A stretch of DNA of 64,000 nucleotides, taken from positions 12,176 through 76,175 of IMG/VR virus record IMGVR_UViG_3300028888_002023. One strand, 5' to 3'. The position numbers were made by a program, and so were the translations under genes. Origin of the DNA: a virus (lineage: Duplodnaviria; Caudoviricetes). The notes under the pieces are model-generated. The model did not search any database. It saw nothing but the letters and a program-made list of their open reading frames with translations, and had not been told where the DNA came from. Positions 1 through 10,037 of the stretch are shown piece after piece (position 1 is the first letter of the stretch; each line of letters begins with the position of its first letter).

Positions 1-3000
1 GTTAGGTTTTCATAAATAAAATCTAATAAATCAAAACTTTGAAGAGTCCAATTTATACCAACTAATCTTAACTTAGCAACATTTGGTGCAGATTCAAAGA
101 TGTCTTGAGTATCTAAATTAGTATTTTCTAATACTAATGTAGTAATATTATTATAACCACATTCAAAATCTTCAATATTCATCTGATTCTTAATTGTTAA
201 GTTAGTAATTGTATCTGGTAAATATAAGTGACGAATACGACCACCATCTGCTAACTTAACTGAAGAAAGTGAAGTACCTTGAGCTTTTAAGGTTGTTAAA
301 CCTGTACAACCTGTTAAATCTAAAGCACCATCTAAATTTGGACAGTTTCTAATATCTAATGAATTTAATAGGATATTATTACCTAATGTCAAACTGTGTA
401 AGTTTGTATTACTATAATTACCACCAGCACCAATTTTTAAATCTGTTAATTTTACTGCTGAAGATACATCAATAGTACCTGCGTATAATGGTGACATGTC
501 ACCAATTGACGTAATTTTATCAGCACCATAAACGATAGTTTCGGTATCGTTGAACACGTTACCAGCAGGTGGACTTAATGTCATAGGCACATTGTGTGTC
601 GCTTTACCACTTACAACATAACTACCATATTTAATTCTTAAATATTGGTCTATGAAAGATGTTAAGGTAATTTGACCACTTGGTGCAACATCTTGCCATT
701 CTGTTGGTGTATATAAACGCATTGTTAAATAGTTAGCTTTATAAGCAGATGCAGTATATTTTGAATCCATATACTTAAATCTGTTCATTAACCACCATTT
801 AATATGGTCAATTCTTGAACCTTGAGCAGTATATAAGTAAGTCGCAATACCATCTTCAAGTAATGGTGATAAATATTTGAATTCAGCGTCTTCATTATAC
901 TGAGCTTCGCAGATTTTAGCAATTTGTTCATCATATAATACAGACATTACTCTTTCATATGATAATTTATTGCTATTTCTAAGGCTATTATACAATTCTT
1001 CAATTTCAGCAGGAAATGCTCTCTCAACCATATTCCATAATGCTGAATTTTCACCGTTATATACATTCTGTGAACCAATAACGTCATGGTATTCAATATC
1101 AAAATTGAACTCGTTGACACCTTCGTTGTTTAAACCTAAACCTGTGTCCATATCGTAGAATACTAGGTACCAAACATCTCCACCATAATTGTTAAGGAAC
1201 ATGTTCTTAGCACGAGAGTCAACCATACCAAAGAATTCAGATAATATGTAATAGGTTAATAAATAGTTTATATTAAAGTGGCTTGAACATTCATCTCTGA
1301 ATTTAGCAACCCTATACTCTCTGCTATCGTGGGTATATTCAACACCTTCATATGTAACAGGTTCAACTAATTGACCACCTGTATATTTATTGCTATCACA
1401 ACTTACAACCCAACTTACAAGTTGATGTAATTTAGTTGTATCAGTATAATCTTTAGGATATCTAGCTTCAAAGTCAGTTAATACAGCTTCTTCATCTGAG
1501 AAGTCATCAGATAAAAATTTAGTTCTATCAGAGGTGTTGTTACCAAATTCCCATGATTCACAACCTTCTGTGAAACCAAATGTATTACTACTTTCCTTAT
1601 CATTGTTGAAGTTATATACACCAAAGTACTCAAAATCATCTTCAACTGTAGGTCTATAATAGATTGCTATAGGGAAACCATCAATTGTAGTTCTGATTTT
1701 ATTATTTGTTACTTGTGGTGGTGTTAAATCAGTGTACATACCATTGAATAGTTTAGCAAAACCAGTGTTGTGTGCGTGAGAAGATTCCATATAGTCTGCT
1801 TTCAAGGTAAATACTTTTTCACCCGGAGCCCCAGCTCTTAAACTATAACTTTGAGGCATTTTACTAATTTTATAGTTCTTTTTCGGATAATATTGTGAAG
1901 ATGTACCTTGAATATCCAGTGTAACATTTTCCATTTCAAAGTTACGAGACGTATCAGTAGCATTTTCATATGTTACAATAATTGTCTTTTTATCACCTTT
2001 AACAGAAGGTAACTCACCTGTAAATGTCATGATAGGTAATTGGTTCAAGATTTTGTTGAACACAATGTTACCATAGTTATCATAAATGTCATTTCTGTTA
2101 TAAGCTGCAATCTGGTCTGCAAACTCTGGGATATCAGCAATATAGTTTTTCAATACGTCATGTGATGATAATGGGGCATCATAAACACGCATAGAATAAA
2201 TGTAAATACCACAGGTTGCACTACCTATTGTAATATCAACAGGATTTAACTGAGCAAAAGTATCATCAGCAGGATATTGAGTCAAACCTGAAAGAACACC
2301 ATTTAAGTATGTATAAATAAGTCTGTGTGAAGTACGAGCTTCAATTACAAATGTAATTTTAACTCTTTCTTCTTCTTTGAACTTAATATTAAGTGTTGAC
2401 TGTTCTGATTTTAGTATTGCGGACTGTGTGCCAATTTCAATACCTCTGTTACCACTCATACAGCTAAGTAATGTAGAATCATAGTTAGCAACATCAGTAA
2501 CTTCAAAATCAATTTCAATAGTTTTACCGTTTACACGGAAATCTGAACCAAATATTTGTAGAGGTATAGTTAAAGAAGCACCATTAGATACTTTTAAACC
2601 ATTATCAAGCCAACCATTGTTAATCCAGTTGAACCCTTGGAGATTACATTGAATATTACCATAAGTCCATTCATTTCTGTTTACATCAGAGTTCGTTCTA
2701 CCTAAAGCAGATAATTGGAAAGTTAAGTTATCTGTTACTGGGTCAACATCAATATTTAATGCTTCTACATCTATATTAAATGATTTTTCTACACCATTAG
2801 CAACAATTTTAATAGTATGTTGTCCAGATTCATTAAGTTTATAGTACCAATATTTACGTGTTCTATCAACCGTCATCTGTGTCTTTGACACATTATCAAC
2901 AAGTATTTCAACGTCTGTTGTATATGACGCAGTTGAATAAACAATAAAGTCTAATCTTAATGTTTCACCTTGTGTAAAATCTGTATCACGGAAGTTAGAT

Positions 3001-4043
3001 GTAATTAAAGTACCAGAACCATCAATATACATAACTTCATAGAATAATTTATTTGATTCAACTTCTTCATCACCATTAACAACACCAGTAGCCCATACTT
3101 TCAAAGTATGAATACCATGAGTTAATGTAATAGTTTTAGTCTGAGGTCTACCAGAGTTAATAACTGTATCTGTTGGTAGTGCCACACCATCTACTTCAAA
3201 GTGAATGGTTTTTTCCAAAGCACCTGTAGGTGTATATCTAAAATCAATAGGACCTGTGTAAACAATATCAGGGTCAAATGAAGATGATATTGTTAGGTCA
3301 ATTGTGTTAATAGTGAAGAATAATGAACGAGCTGCACCATAAATGTCTGTTACACGAATCTGTACAGAGTTAGTACCAGCTCTAAAATATTTCGAAGGAT
3401 TATAACTATATGTACCATTTTGAGGTAAACGAGAAGTTTGTCTCGCTACATTATTAACAACATATGTTACCGTTGCAGGCTGGTCCTGTTCATCAGTATA
3501 TTCATATCTTAATGATATTTCGGAACCAGTAGGAATAGTAATATAGTTTTTATCCATTAAAGAGGTTAAAACGAAAGTGACACCTGTGCCACCCCCACCG
3601 CCACCCCCGCCAGAGCCAGCTTGAACTTCAATACCATCAGAAATGATATTACCATCAGAAGTAAGATAAAGTAAACCATCTGTAAATACTAAACCATTAC
3701 CATATGCTTGTAATGTTTGCGTAAGGTCTGCTGGAGATATATATTCTGGAAATGTAAAGTTTAATATTACATCAGAGTCAGTACCTACATTGGTAACAGA
3801 AAATTCGTCACCCATTGTAGATGTACCTAATCTAACAGTTGCATCATGCCCATTTGTAACTTGGAAGGTGGAAGTTCTTCCATCAGTATATGTTATTGTA
3901 TATGTATCAACTAAACCAGATGTTCCAGTTTTTTCAATAGATGTAACTCCATACCCTCTATACCCTCTTGGACCTGTAGGACCAATAAGGGCTGGTATAG
4001 ATACCCATTCATCTCCAATTTTAACACTAAGTATATTGCTCAC
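1..4043 (-). CDS. Giant tail-associated protein with CotH-like kinase domain and C-terminal leucine-rich repeats (3'-truncated by window edge)
   Basis: Not in the ORF track. I translated the N-terminal part and the C-terminal ~1.9 kb and saw no stops. GTG start at 4043 with SD GGAGA upstream. N-term SNILSVKIGDEWVSIPALIGPTGPRG, poly-Gly linker, QGTSSQYYPKKNYK, LKADYMESSHAHN, YFGVYNFNNDK, VDSRAKNMF, FYDMDTGLG, then LxxLxLxxC repeats. Confidence 0.85.
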   Translation of the reverse strand, partial: MSNILSVKIGDEWVSIPALIGPTGPRGYRGYGVTSIEKTGTSGLVDTYTITYTDGRTSTFQVTNGHDATVRLGTSTMGDEFSVTNVGTDSDVILNFTFPEYISPADLTQTLQAYGNGLVFTDGLLYLTSDGNIISDGIEVQAGSGGGGGGGGTGVTFVLTSLMDKNYITIPTGSEISLRYEYTDEQDQPATVTYVVNNVARQTSRLPQNGTYSYNPSKYFRAGTNSVQIRVTDIYGAARSLFFTINTIDLTISSSFDPDIVYTGPIDFRYTPTGALEKTIHFEVDGVALPTDTVINSGRPQTKTITLTHGIHTLKVWATGVVNGDEEVESNKLFYEVMYIDGSGTLITSNFRDTDFTQGETLRLDFIVYSTASYTTDVEILVDNVSKTQMTVDRTRKYWYYKLNESGQHTIKIVANGVEKSFNIDVEALNIDVDPVTDNLTFQLSALGRTNSDVNRNEWTYGNIQCNLQGFNWINNGWLDNGLKVSNGASLTIPLQIFGSDFRVNGKTIEIDFEVTDVANYDSTLLSCMSGNRGIEIGTQSAILKSEQSTLNIKFKEEERVKITFVIEARTSHRLIYTYLNGVLSGLTQYPADDTFAQLNPVDITIGSATCGIYIYSMRVYDAPLSSHDVLKNYIADIPEFADQIAAYNRNDIYDNYGNIVFNKILNQLPIMTFTGELPSVKGDKKTIIVTYENATDTSRNFEMENVTLDIQGTSSQYYPKKNYKISKMPQSYSLRAGAPGEKVFTLKADYMESSHAHNTGFAKLFNGMYTDLTPPQVTNNKIRTTIDGFPIAIYYRPTVEDDFEYFGVYNFNNDKESSNTFGFTEGCESWEFGNNTSDRTKFLSDDFSDEEAVLTDFEARYPKDYTDTTKLHQLVSWVVSCDSNKYTGGQLVEPVTYEGVEYTHDSREYRVAKFRDECSSHFNINYLLTYYILSEFFGMVDSRAKNMFLNNYGGDVWYLVFYDMDTGLGLNNEGVNEFNFDIEYHDVIGSQNVYNGENSALWNMVERAFPAEIEELYNSLRNSNKLSYERVMSVLYDEQIAKICEAQYNEDAEFKYLSPLLEDGIATYLYTAQGSRIDHIKWWLMNRFKYMDSKYTASAYKANYLTMRLYTPTEWQDVAPSGQITLTSFIDQYLRIKYGSYVVSGKATHNVPMTLSPPAGNVFNDTETIVYGADKITSIGDMSPLYAGTIDVSSAVKLTDLKIGAGGNYSNTNLHSLTLGNNILLNSLDIRNCPNLDGALDLTGCTGLTTLKAQGTSLSSVKLADGGRIRHLYLPDTITNLTIKNQMNIEDFECGYNNITTLVLENTNLDTQDIFESAPNVAKLRLVGINWTLQSFDLLDFIYENL

Positions 4044-4099
4044 TAACCTATTCTCCGAAAATAAATTCAAATTAAAATTTAATAAGTCAAATGAGCATA

Positions 4100-4639
4100 T
4101 TATTCAAAATCACGCTTGCGTAGATTCTCACATTCCTGAGTTTCAAAAAATAAGGTCATTGCTTCTGGTTTAATATCTAAAATTAAAGCAATATTATCAA
4201 CACATTTATCTGCTCTACTAAATTCTAGTGCTTTTAAATCAATGCGGAGTTTTTTAGGGTCTAATTTATCTGCAAATCTTTCAGCAGCTAATTCACAAAT
4301 ATCTGTGAAGTCTTTACCAAATATTTCATATAAACCACTTTCGAATACAGTAACAGGTAATTTTAATGCATGAATTCTTTCATAATCCATACGTCTTCTG
4401 CATTCGTCAATTGTTTCATCATAAATCATAGTTTCAACGATATATTTATCATCTTCAGTATATTCAAAATGATGTAACATTTCTGGTCTGCGTGCATTCA
4501 TGTCATCATGCCTTATCAAAATTTTCCAACCATCCTGCTCCATTAACTTAGGACTTTTGTTGTAATTAAGATAAGGACCATGATTCATAGGTGCATATTG
4601 TAATTCACCATTTACTAGTTTTGCATAAGTATCTGTCAT
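4100..4639 (-). CDS. Phage tail accessory/chaperone-like hypothetical protein
   Basis: 179-aa ORF coupled to the GT2 gene (TAATG overlap); start YAKLVNGELQYAP resembles small tail-fibre accessory proteins. Confidence 0.5.
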   Translation of the reverse strand: MTDTYAKLVNGELQYAPMNHGPYLNYNKSPKLMEQDGWKILIRHDDMNARRPEMLHHFEYTEDDKYIVETMIYDETIDECRRRMDYERIHALKLPVTVFESGLYEIFGKDFTDICELAAERFADKLDPKKLRIDLKALEFSRADKCVDNIALILDIKPEAMTLFFETQECENLRKRDFE

Positions 4640-5703
4640 TAGTTCTCTCCATTGGTGGTATCTTTTGATTTCTTTTTGTTAGCTTTAGCTTCATCATCAG
4701 ATACATCTTTTTCTAATTTATCAATAAATTCATATATACTGATACTAGGGATAATACCGTACAATTTGTTGCCCATATAGCAGTTTCTGATAACATTATT
4801 ATATGCTTCAACAAATGCTTCTTTAGGTATTCTATCTTTAATTTCTCTATATATCTCTTTATAATATAATTTACAAGATTGCCAATTCTGATTTGTAAAT
4901 CTATCATCACGAACTTCAGTTTCCATAAAGTATTCATACAGATTCATAAGAGTTGCAACCTTTTCATAAAGGATAGCACCATTAAATGGGTTTCTCTTCT
5001 CAGCTTCTTTAAATGCCCAAATCATATTATCAGTGTAACCAACAAATGATTGGTCATAACTATACTGACAATCATTTATTCTTGTTATAGAATTCGGATT
5101 AGTATGCCAGTAATAAACAACATCTGGAATAAAATTAATTTGTTGATTTTGACTACACATTAATTTACAAAGCATGTTGAAGCCATTATCTTCATTAGCT
5201 CTTGTATCATTCATTCTAATATTATGCTGGTCTAAGAACGCACGTTTGTACATTTTACCAAACATCCAAACTGTATCATTTTGGTGAGGTAAATAAACTG
5301 GGTTACCCGTATTAGGGTCTTCAGCTTCCTGTAAGAATGTACCTATACAAATTACAAATACAGGATTTTCCAATAATCTACGTCTCAACAAACTTAATGC
5401 GAATGCACCTGAGAAAGTGTCATCTGCATCAATCCAAGTAACTAAAGGATTTGATGTGTTTTCATAACCAAATCTTCTTGCTGTTCCCGGACCAGAGTTT
5501 TTCTCTAATTTAACTTCTTTTATTTTTACAAATGGTGAAAATTGAGTAATAATTTCTGAATAATCTTTATCGTCACCATCATTAACCAAAGTAACCTCTA
5601 AATCGTCTACAATGTCTTGACAAATAATACTACCTAATAATCTAGGAAGTGTTTTGTGTGCTTTATAGCACGGTACAATAATATCAATCTTTTGTGTATT
5701 CAT
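4639..5703 (-). CDS. Glycosyltransferase family 2 (GT-A fold)
   Basis: IDIIVPCY, LVNDGD, NSGPGTARRFG, WIDADD (DxD), EDNGF, YYWH motifs. Confidence 0.9.
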   Translation of the reverse strand: MNTQKIDIIVPCYKAHKTLPRLLGSIICQDIVDDLEVTLVNDGDDKDYSEIITQFSPFVKIKEVKLEKNSGPGTARRFGYENTSNPLVTWIDADDTFSGAFALSLLRRRLLENPVFVICIGTFLQEAEDPNTGNPVYLPHQNDTVWMFGKMYKRAFLDQHNIRMNDTRANEDNGFNMLCKLMCSQNQQINFIPDVVYYWHTNPNSITRINDCQYSYDQSFVGYTDNMIWAFKEAEKRNPFNGAILYEKVATLMNLYEYFMETEVRDDRFTNQNWQSCKLYYKEIYREIKDRIPKEAFVEAYNNVIRNCYMGNKLYGIIPSISIYEFIDKLEKDVSDDEAKANKKKSKDTTNGEN

Positions 5704-5753
5704 AGAGTTTAAATTCCCCCTCTTTTAATCCATCTCTTCTTATAATTACTAAT

Positions 5754-5782
5754 ATTATACCATGACAACCTTATCTTGTCAA
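5754..5782 (-). promoter_or_regulatory. Sigma70-type promoter for the GT2 gene
   Basis: TTGACA-17 nt-TATAAT on the minus strand. Confidence 0.85.
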
Positions 5783-5795
5783 GTAGTATAATAAA

Positions 5796-7439
5796 CTATT
5801 CACCCGGCTCCTGTGGTTCTTCTTGACCTTGTGGGTCTGGTTGTTCAGGTTCCTCTGGCTCTCCTTGACTCGGTGGGTTTATTGGATTTGGTTCTTCTGG
5901 GTCTAATGAATCAGCATTAGGGTCTACAGGACCAAAACCTTCACCACTTGGGTCATCTATAACTTCTGGGTGCGTTAAGGTTGACATAGTATAAATAAAC
6001 CTACTTGCAATGGTAGAACCATCTGCGGTATAAGTAATCTTTACTTGTTGACCTCTACTCATAGGAACTGGTGGACAATAAATAATTGAATTTGCCACTG
6101 GTGCCGTTCCACCTGTAAATATCATAGATTTATTTGTTAAAGTTTCATGAGTGCCATCTATTTGAACATACTGACCAGCTTGTGTAGCTCTTTTAGCAAT
6201 AACTAAATAACCATGATTATCAGCTTCAAATATAACACCTGTATATGCTAAATCAAAATCTTTGTAATACCCTGTCATAGGAAGACTTAATGCACCTATT
6301 AAACTTAATTCTCCATTTGCATCTACCCAGACTTTAACACTTTCATCTTCTGGTTCCTCTGAACCACAGTAAACACCAGAGTCTCCAGTGTCGCCCTTAT
6401 CACCTTTATCACCTTTAGGTATAGTAAAATCAAACACTGCATTATTATTAGTTCCACTATTTGAAATAATAGCAGTAGTGCCGGGGTCTCCCATAGACAC
6501 GGTTCCAACCCTTAATGTTGCCCCCGGACCAGTATCACCTTTTTCACCTTTATCACCTCTTGGAATGGTAAAGTCAAAAATTGCTTGGTTAGCTGTACCT
6601 CTGTTTGTAACTTTAGTATGTGAACCCGGAGTACCTGTTGAGACAACACCAACCCTTATGGTTGCAGCCAACCCCGGCTCACCTTGGTCACCTTTATCAC
6701 CTTTTTCACCCCTTTCACCAGCGACACCATACAAACCTGATATATAACTTGCAACTAAGGTTGCATTATTTGGTAAAGTTGAGCTAAAATGCAAAGTTTG
6801 ACCATCTTCATCAAGTGTAAAAATACTTGGAAGTTGGTGAGAACCATTGACATATAAGTCTACCATTGCCTTATCTGATGTAGGGTGACTTAATTTTACC
6901 TGTGTAGTTGAAGAATTAACAGAAAAAGTATCTTTAAAGATATCAATTTCCTTTGGAGTCATATTGTGCCAACCAAGTGAACTGTTACCAACTTTCTTGA
7001 TATAAATTTCACCTACAGCAGAATCAATATAAAAAGCACCAACATTAGCTTCTACAACACCTTCAGGGTCACCCTCGCCAGACATAGCAATAGATTTATC
7101 CATTGCACGGTTAGGAATTTTAGTAGTAATTAAATTACCTTCACTATCATATTGCTGTAATTCTACATAATGTGGTTCTGTATCAAGGAATATTTCATGG
7201 AACTTATCAACCATATTAACAGAGTTTGTTAATAATTCTGCAAGGTCTCTTGTTACAACATTGACATTGGCATTAATAGTTCTCTGAATATCTGATGTAA
7301 GCTGTTTTAACTCTTCAACTTTTTCATCAAGAGTCAATTCTTCATCATCTACAACGTCATCTAGGTCATCACTTAAATCACCTAAATCACCAATTTCATT
7401 ATTATTTTCATCTAAAATTATATCATCTTCTTCTGGCAT
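5796..7439 (-). CDS. Tail fibre-like protein with collagen-like G-X-Y repeats and Pro/Glu-rich C-terminus
   Basis: GERGEKGDKGDQGEPG and two ATxRVGxV..NxGT..A.FDFTIPxGDKG units; N-terminal domain similar to 16987..18267. Confidence 0.75.
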   Translation of the reverse strand: MPEEDDIILDENNNEIGDLGDLSDDLDDVVDDEELTLDEKVEELKQLTSDIQRTINANVNVVTRDLAELLTNSVNMVDKFHEIFLDTEPHYVELQQYDSEGNLITTKIPNRAMDKSIAMSGEGDPEGVVEANVGAFYIDSAVGEIYIKKVGNSSLGWHNMTPKEIDIFKDTFSVNSSTTQVKLSHPTSDKAMVDLYVNGSHQLPSIFTLDEDGQTLHFSSTLPNNATLVASYISGLYGVAGERGEKGDKGDQGEPGLAATIRVGVVSTGTPGSHTKVTNRGTANQAIFDFTIPRGDKGEKGDTGPGATLRVGTVSMGDPGTTAIISNSGTNNNAVFDFTIPKGDKGDKGDTGDSGVYCGSEEPEDESVKVWVDANGELSLIGALSLPMTGYYKDFDLAYTGVIFEADNHGYLVIAKRATQAGQYVQIDGTHETLTNKSMIFTGGTAPVANSIIYCPPVPMSRGQQVKITYTADGSTIASRFIYTMSTLTHPEVIDDPSGEGFGPVDPNADSLDPEEPNPINPPSQGEPEEPEQPDPQGQEEPQEPGE

Positions 7440-7467
7440 ACTAGGACCCCTTAAAATAAATCTAATC

Positions 7468-7477
7468 TAAAATATAA
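7468..7477 (-). promoter_or_regulatory. Late-promoter-like motif TTATATTTTA
   Basis: Same motif precedes many structural genes in the window. Confidence 0.55.
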
Positions 7478-7478
7478 T

Positions 7479-8438
7479 TTATAAAGCCAATACCACTTTC
7501 TTATCACATATAGCACAACCATCATGGTCTGAATAACATTGATAAACATTAGAATGACCACATGGTAGTAGCTCTATTTCTTTTAAGGATTTGTCGCAAT
7601 CTAATTCTTCTTTAAAATCAGAACTTCTATGAAAAACAACATTTCTTAAACTTTCATCATTAAAGTTTTTATGTAACTCTTCAGCTTTTAAATCATTACT
7701 AAATAAATTCTGATATGACTCTAAACCTTCCCTTTCCCTATACTTAAGGAGAAATTGCATAAACTCCATTCGTGTTGGGAAGAAATCATAACCCATTTCA
7801 TTATTAATTTCAGCTCTGGTCATATTGCACTTATCGTCTGGTTTTACAGGTGTTTTAAAGAACACGTGAGTGTCGTATTTTTGTTCAAAAGCATGGATAT
7901 CTATATCATCTCTAAGATATGCTTGAATAAAACTACCAGTTAATATAGAAGTAGTGTTAATTCTAACTTCTGGATATTTCTTGTGAATTAAAGCCATATG
8001 TTTTTCCCAATTCTTTAGCATATTAAAAGTATGAAATCTACCTATAATATCATATGAAGTTAAAATCCATAACTTATTTTTCTGTTCTATTTTATTAATT
8101 GCTTCATAAAGGTCTTTCTGGTCTCCAATAGTTAAAGTTGCGTTCAACCAAAGTTCGTTTATATCACCTTCAATTAACATACAATTTGAGAGGTCTATGA
8201 GGGTCATGAATGCCCTTTTAACCTCTGGATTATGTAATTGTCCTTGAAAGAACTCTCCACCAATAAAACCTAGCGTAGACACCTCACCTTTCTTTAAGTT
8301 TAACAACTCAATAATAGTGGTTGTCAAAGCCTGCAATTTCATTTTATCTGAAGTTTTAGTTATATTATGACCTAATGTGCAATAATCACAAAAGTTATTA
8401 CATTCCTGCCATAATTCATATTGAAGTATTTTACTCAT
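7479..8438 (-). CDS. Radical SAM protein (paralog A)
   Basis: LWQECNNFCDYC (CX3CX2C), GGEFF, TSYDIIGRF, C-terminal CGH..C..CD. Confidence 0.9.
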   Translation of the reverse strand: MSKILQYELWQECNNFCDYCTLGHNITKTSDKMKLQALTTTIIELLNLKKGEVSTLGFIGGEFFQGQLHNPEVKRAFMTLIDLSNCMLIEGDINELWLNATLTIGDQKDLYEAINKIEQKNKLWILTSYDIIGRFHTFNMLKNWEKHMALIHKKYPEVRINTTSILTGSFIQAYLRDDIDIHAFEQKYDTHVFFKTPVKPDDKCNMTRAEINNEMGYDFFPTRMEFMQFLLKYREREGLESYQNLFSNDLKAEELHKNFNDESLRNVVFHRSSDFKEELDCDKSLKEIELLPCGHSNVYQCYSDHDGCAICDKKVVLAL

Positions 8439-9483
8439 TGTCTTCCATAAATAATTTAATTCTATCTAATAATTGATGCACTAATTTTATAGCATCTTCT
8501 GCCATTTCTGGGAATGTCATATATTGAGAACCTCTTAACCTTATATAGAAGTTTTCACTTTTATTATAATCACCAGATTCTAACCTAACTTCTTTATCTT
8601 TACATTTTTCATAAAATGTCTGGCTGTACGCCAACCGAGGTGGACAATCTATTTGTAAAGAGAATATGTGAGGCACACTGTCTGGAAGTAATTTAATATA
8701 AGGTTTATTAATATACTCAATAAATTCTTCCTTCATTATTTGAGAAAAATAAGATAATTTAACTTGACGATTAAGTATTAATTTTAAAGCACCTATGTAA
8801 ATCCATAACCAATTCCAGTATTTTTCACCAAAGGTTTCCTCTGTTTTAGACCACATTAAGCCCATGTCCCATCTTCTAATTAAGGCGTGAGCTGTAGATA
8901 AAACATAGTCAAACATAGTATAATCTCTAGGAACAAGGAAGAGACCATGTACATCATCAATGACAGTGGTCACTTCCAGTCCCTTTGACTTAAGGAAGGT
9001 AAAAAGTTTTTCATAAAATCTCTGTGGAGTTATTTCTCCAGTAGTGATTTGTGTACCTATAATATAGACAAATGCTTTCTTATAAGTCTTTTTCATTAAT
9101 GCTTCTTTAACTTGACTTAAATTTAAAGAATCTATACCGTTATAATAATGAAGTATTACATGGTCTTTTTCTTCTCTATCAATCCGTTTTATAGCAGCTT
9201 TAACGGCATCATGTTCTACTACAGATGTAATAAGTAATGTATCTTCATCTACGTGTTTATCAAATAAGTAATTTATGAAATCAGTAGCGGACTTTTCGAC
9301 ATAAAGTTGATGGTTCTTAAGAGTATGTCCTAAAGGGACCATACTTCTTAACATATCCTCGTAACAAGCCCAAGTCTTTTTATCTTCTCTTCTTTCATCA
9401 TAAGGACATTTTTTATTTACAGCTTCAAGCTCTTCTCCAGCGAGCCGTTCATAATTTATCCACCATTCAGTTAATTTATTCAA
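8431..9483 (-). CDS. Class-V PLP-dependent (cysteine desulfurase-like) fold protein lacking the Schiff-base Lys
   Basis: TSVVEHDAV, TGEI, IDDVHG and STAHAL align to the IscS-type motifs EHxAV, D-x-x-Q/H and SGHK, with K replaced by A. Confidence 0.6.
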   Translation of the reverse strand: MNKLTEWWINYERLAGEELEAVNKKCPYDERREDKKTWACYEDMLRSMVPLGHTLKNHQLYVEKSATDFINYLFDKHVDEDTLLITSVVEHDAVKAAIKRIDREEKDHVILHYYNGIDSLNLSQVKEALMKKTYKKAFVYIIGTQITTGEITPQRFYEKLFTFLKSKGLEVTTVIDDVHGLFLVPRDYTMFDYVLSTAHALIRRWDMGLMWSKTEETFGEKYWNWLWIYIGALKLILNRQVKLSYFSQIMKEEFIEYINKPYIKLLPDSVPHIFSLQIDCPPRLAYSQTFYEKCKDKEVRLESGDYNKSENFYIRLRGSQYMTFPEMAEDAIKLVHQLLDRIKLFMEDNE

Positions 9484-9488
9484 CTATA

Positions 9489-10010
9489 TTACCTCTTTTT
9501 AATCGTAACATATGAGTTACCATTTGATTCAAAAATTGTTTCATAGTAATAGTCTATATTAGTATCACCAATAACTTTAATTTCGCCATTATCATAAATA
9601 ATTTGTTGTCCTAAAGCACCTATTTTAAAAGCATCTGATGTTTCGTCACAGTTGCACTTATGGTATCTAGCTAAAGAGGCTATGATTGTATCTTTTTTGA
9701 AGGTATAATCTTCATCACTGGAATTATAAATTGAAATGATAATAGGGTCATCTTTAGGCCAGTTCATTTCATAAGGTTCACAAACAACATATAAAGGTGA
9801 ATCTTCCCCTTCAATATATTCGCTCACAATACACTCATCTAATAAATCAGTTATATCCACATACAATTGAGTATCAAACTGAACTTTAGTATGTGCAGGT
9901 ATAGTTAAATCTTGATTAAGTTGTATTAGTTGTTTTCCAGATATACTTAATGATATACCTTCCTTTTCAACTAATGTAACAACTTCCCCTTTATTTATAA
10001 CAGTAATCAT
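9489..10010 (-). CDS. Degenerate trimeric dUTPase-fold protein
   Basis: LTIPAHTKVQFDTQLYV and IIISIYNSSDEDYTFKKDTIIASL match the dUTPase scaffold; RSG and GxIDxDY catalytic motifs absent. Confidence 0.5.
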   Translation of the reverse strand: MITVINKGEVVTLVEKEGISLSISGKQLIQLNQDLTIPAHTKVQFDTQLYVDITDLLDECIVSEYIEGEDSPLYVVCEPYEMNWPKDDPIIISIYNSSDEDYTFKKDTIIASLARYHKCNCDETSDAFKIGALGQQIIYDNGEIKVIGDTNIDYYYETIFESNGNSYVTIKKR

Positions 10011-10037
10011 TTTTAATTCTCTTACTTTAAAATATAT

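Noticed and set aside
1-4099. Apparent 4-kb ORF desert suggesting stop-codon recoding
   Set aside because: It is one minus-strand gene running off the window edge. TAA, TAG and TGA all end genes elsewhere at sensible boundaries, so the code is standard.
8431-9483. Functional cysteine desulfurase supplying Fe-S sulfur
   Set aside because: Both the PLP Lys and the catalytic Cys positions are substituted.
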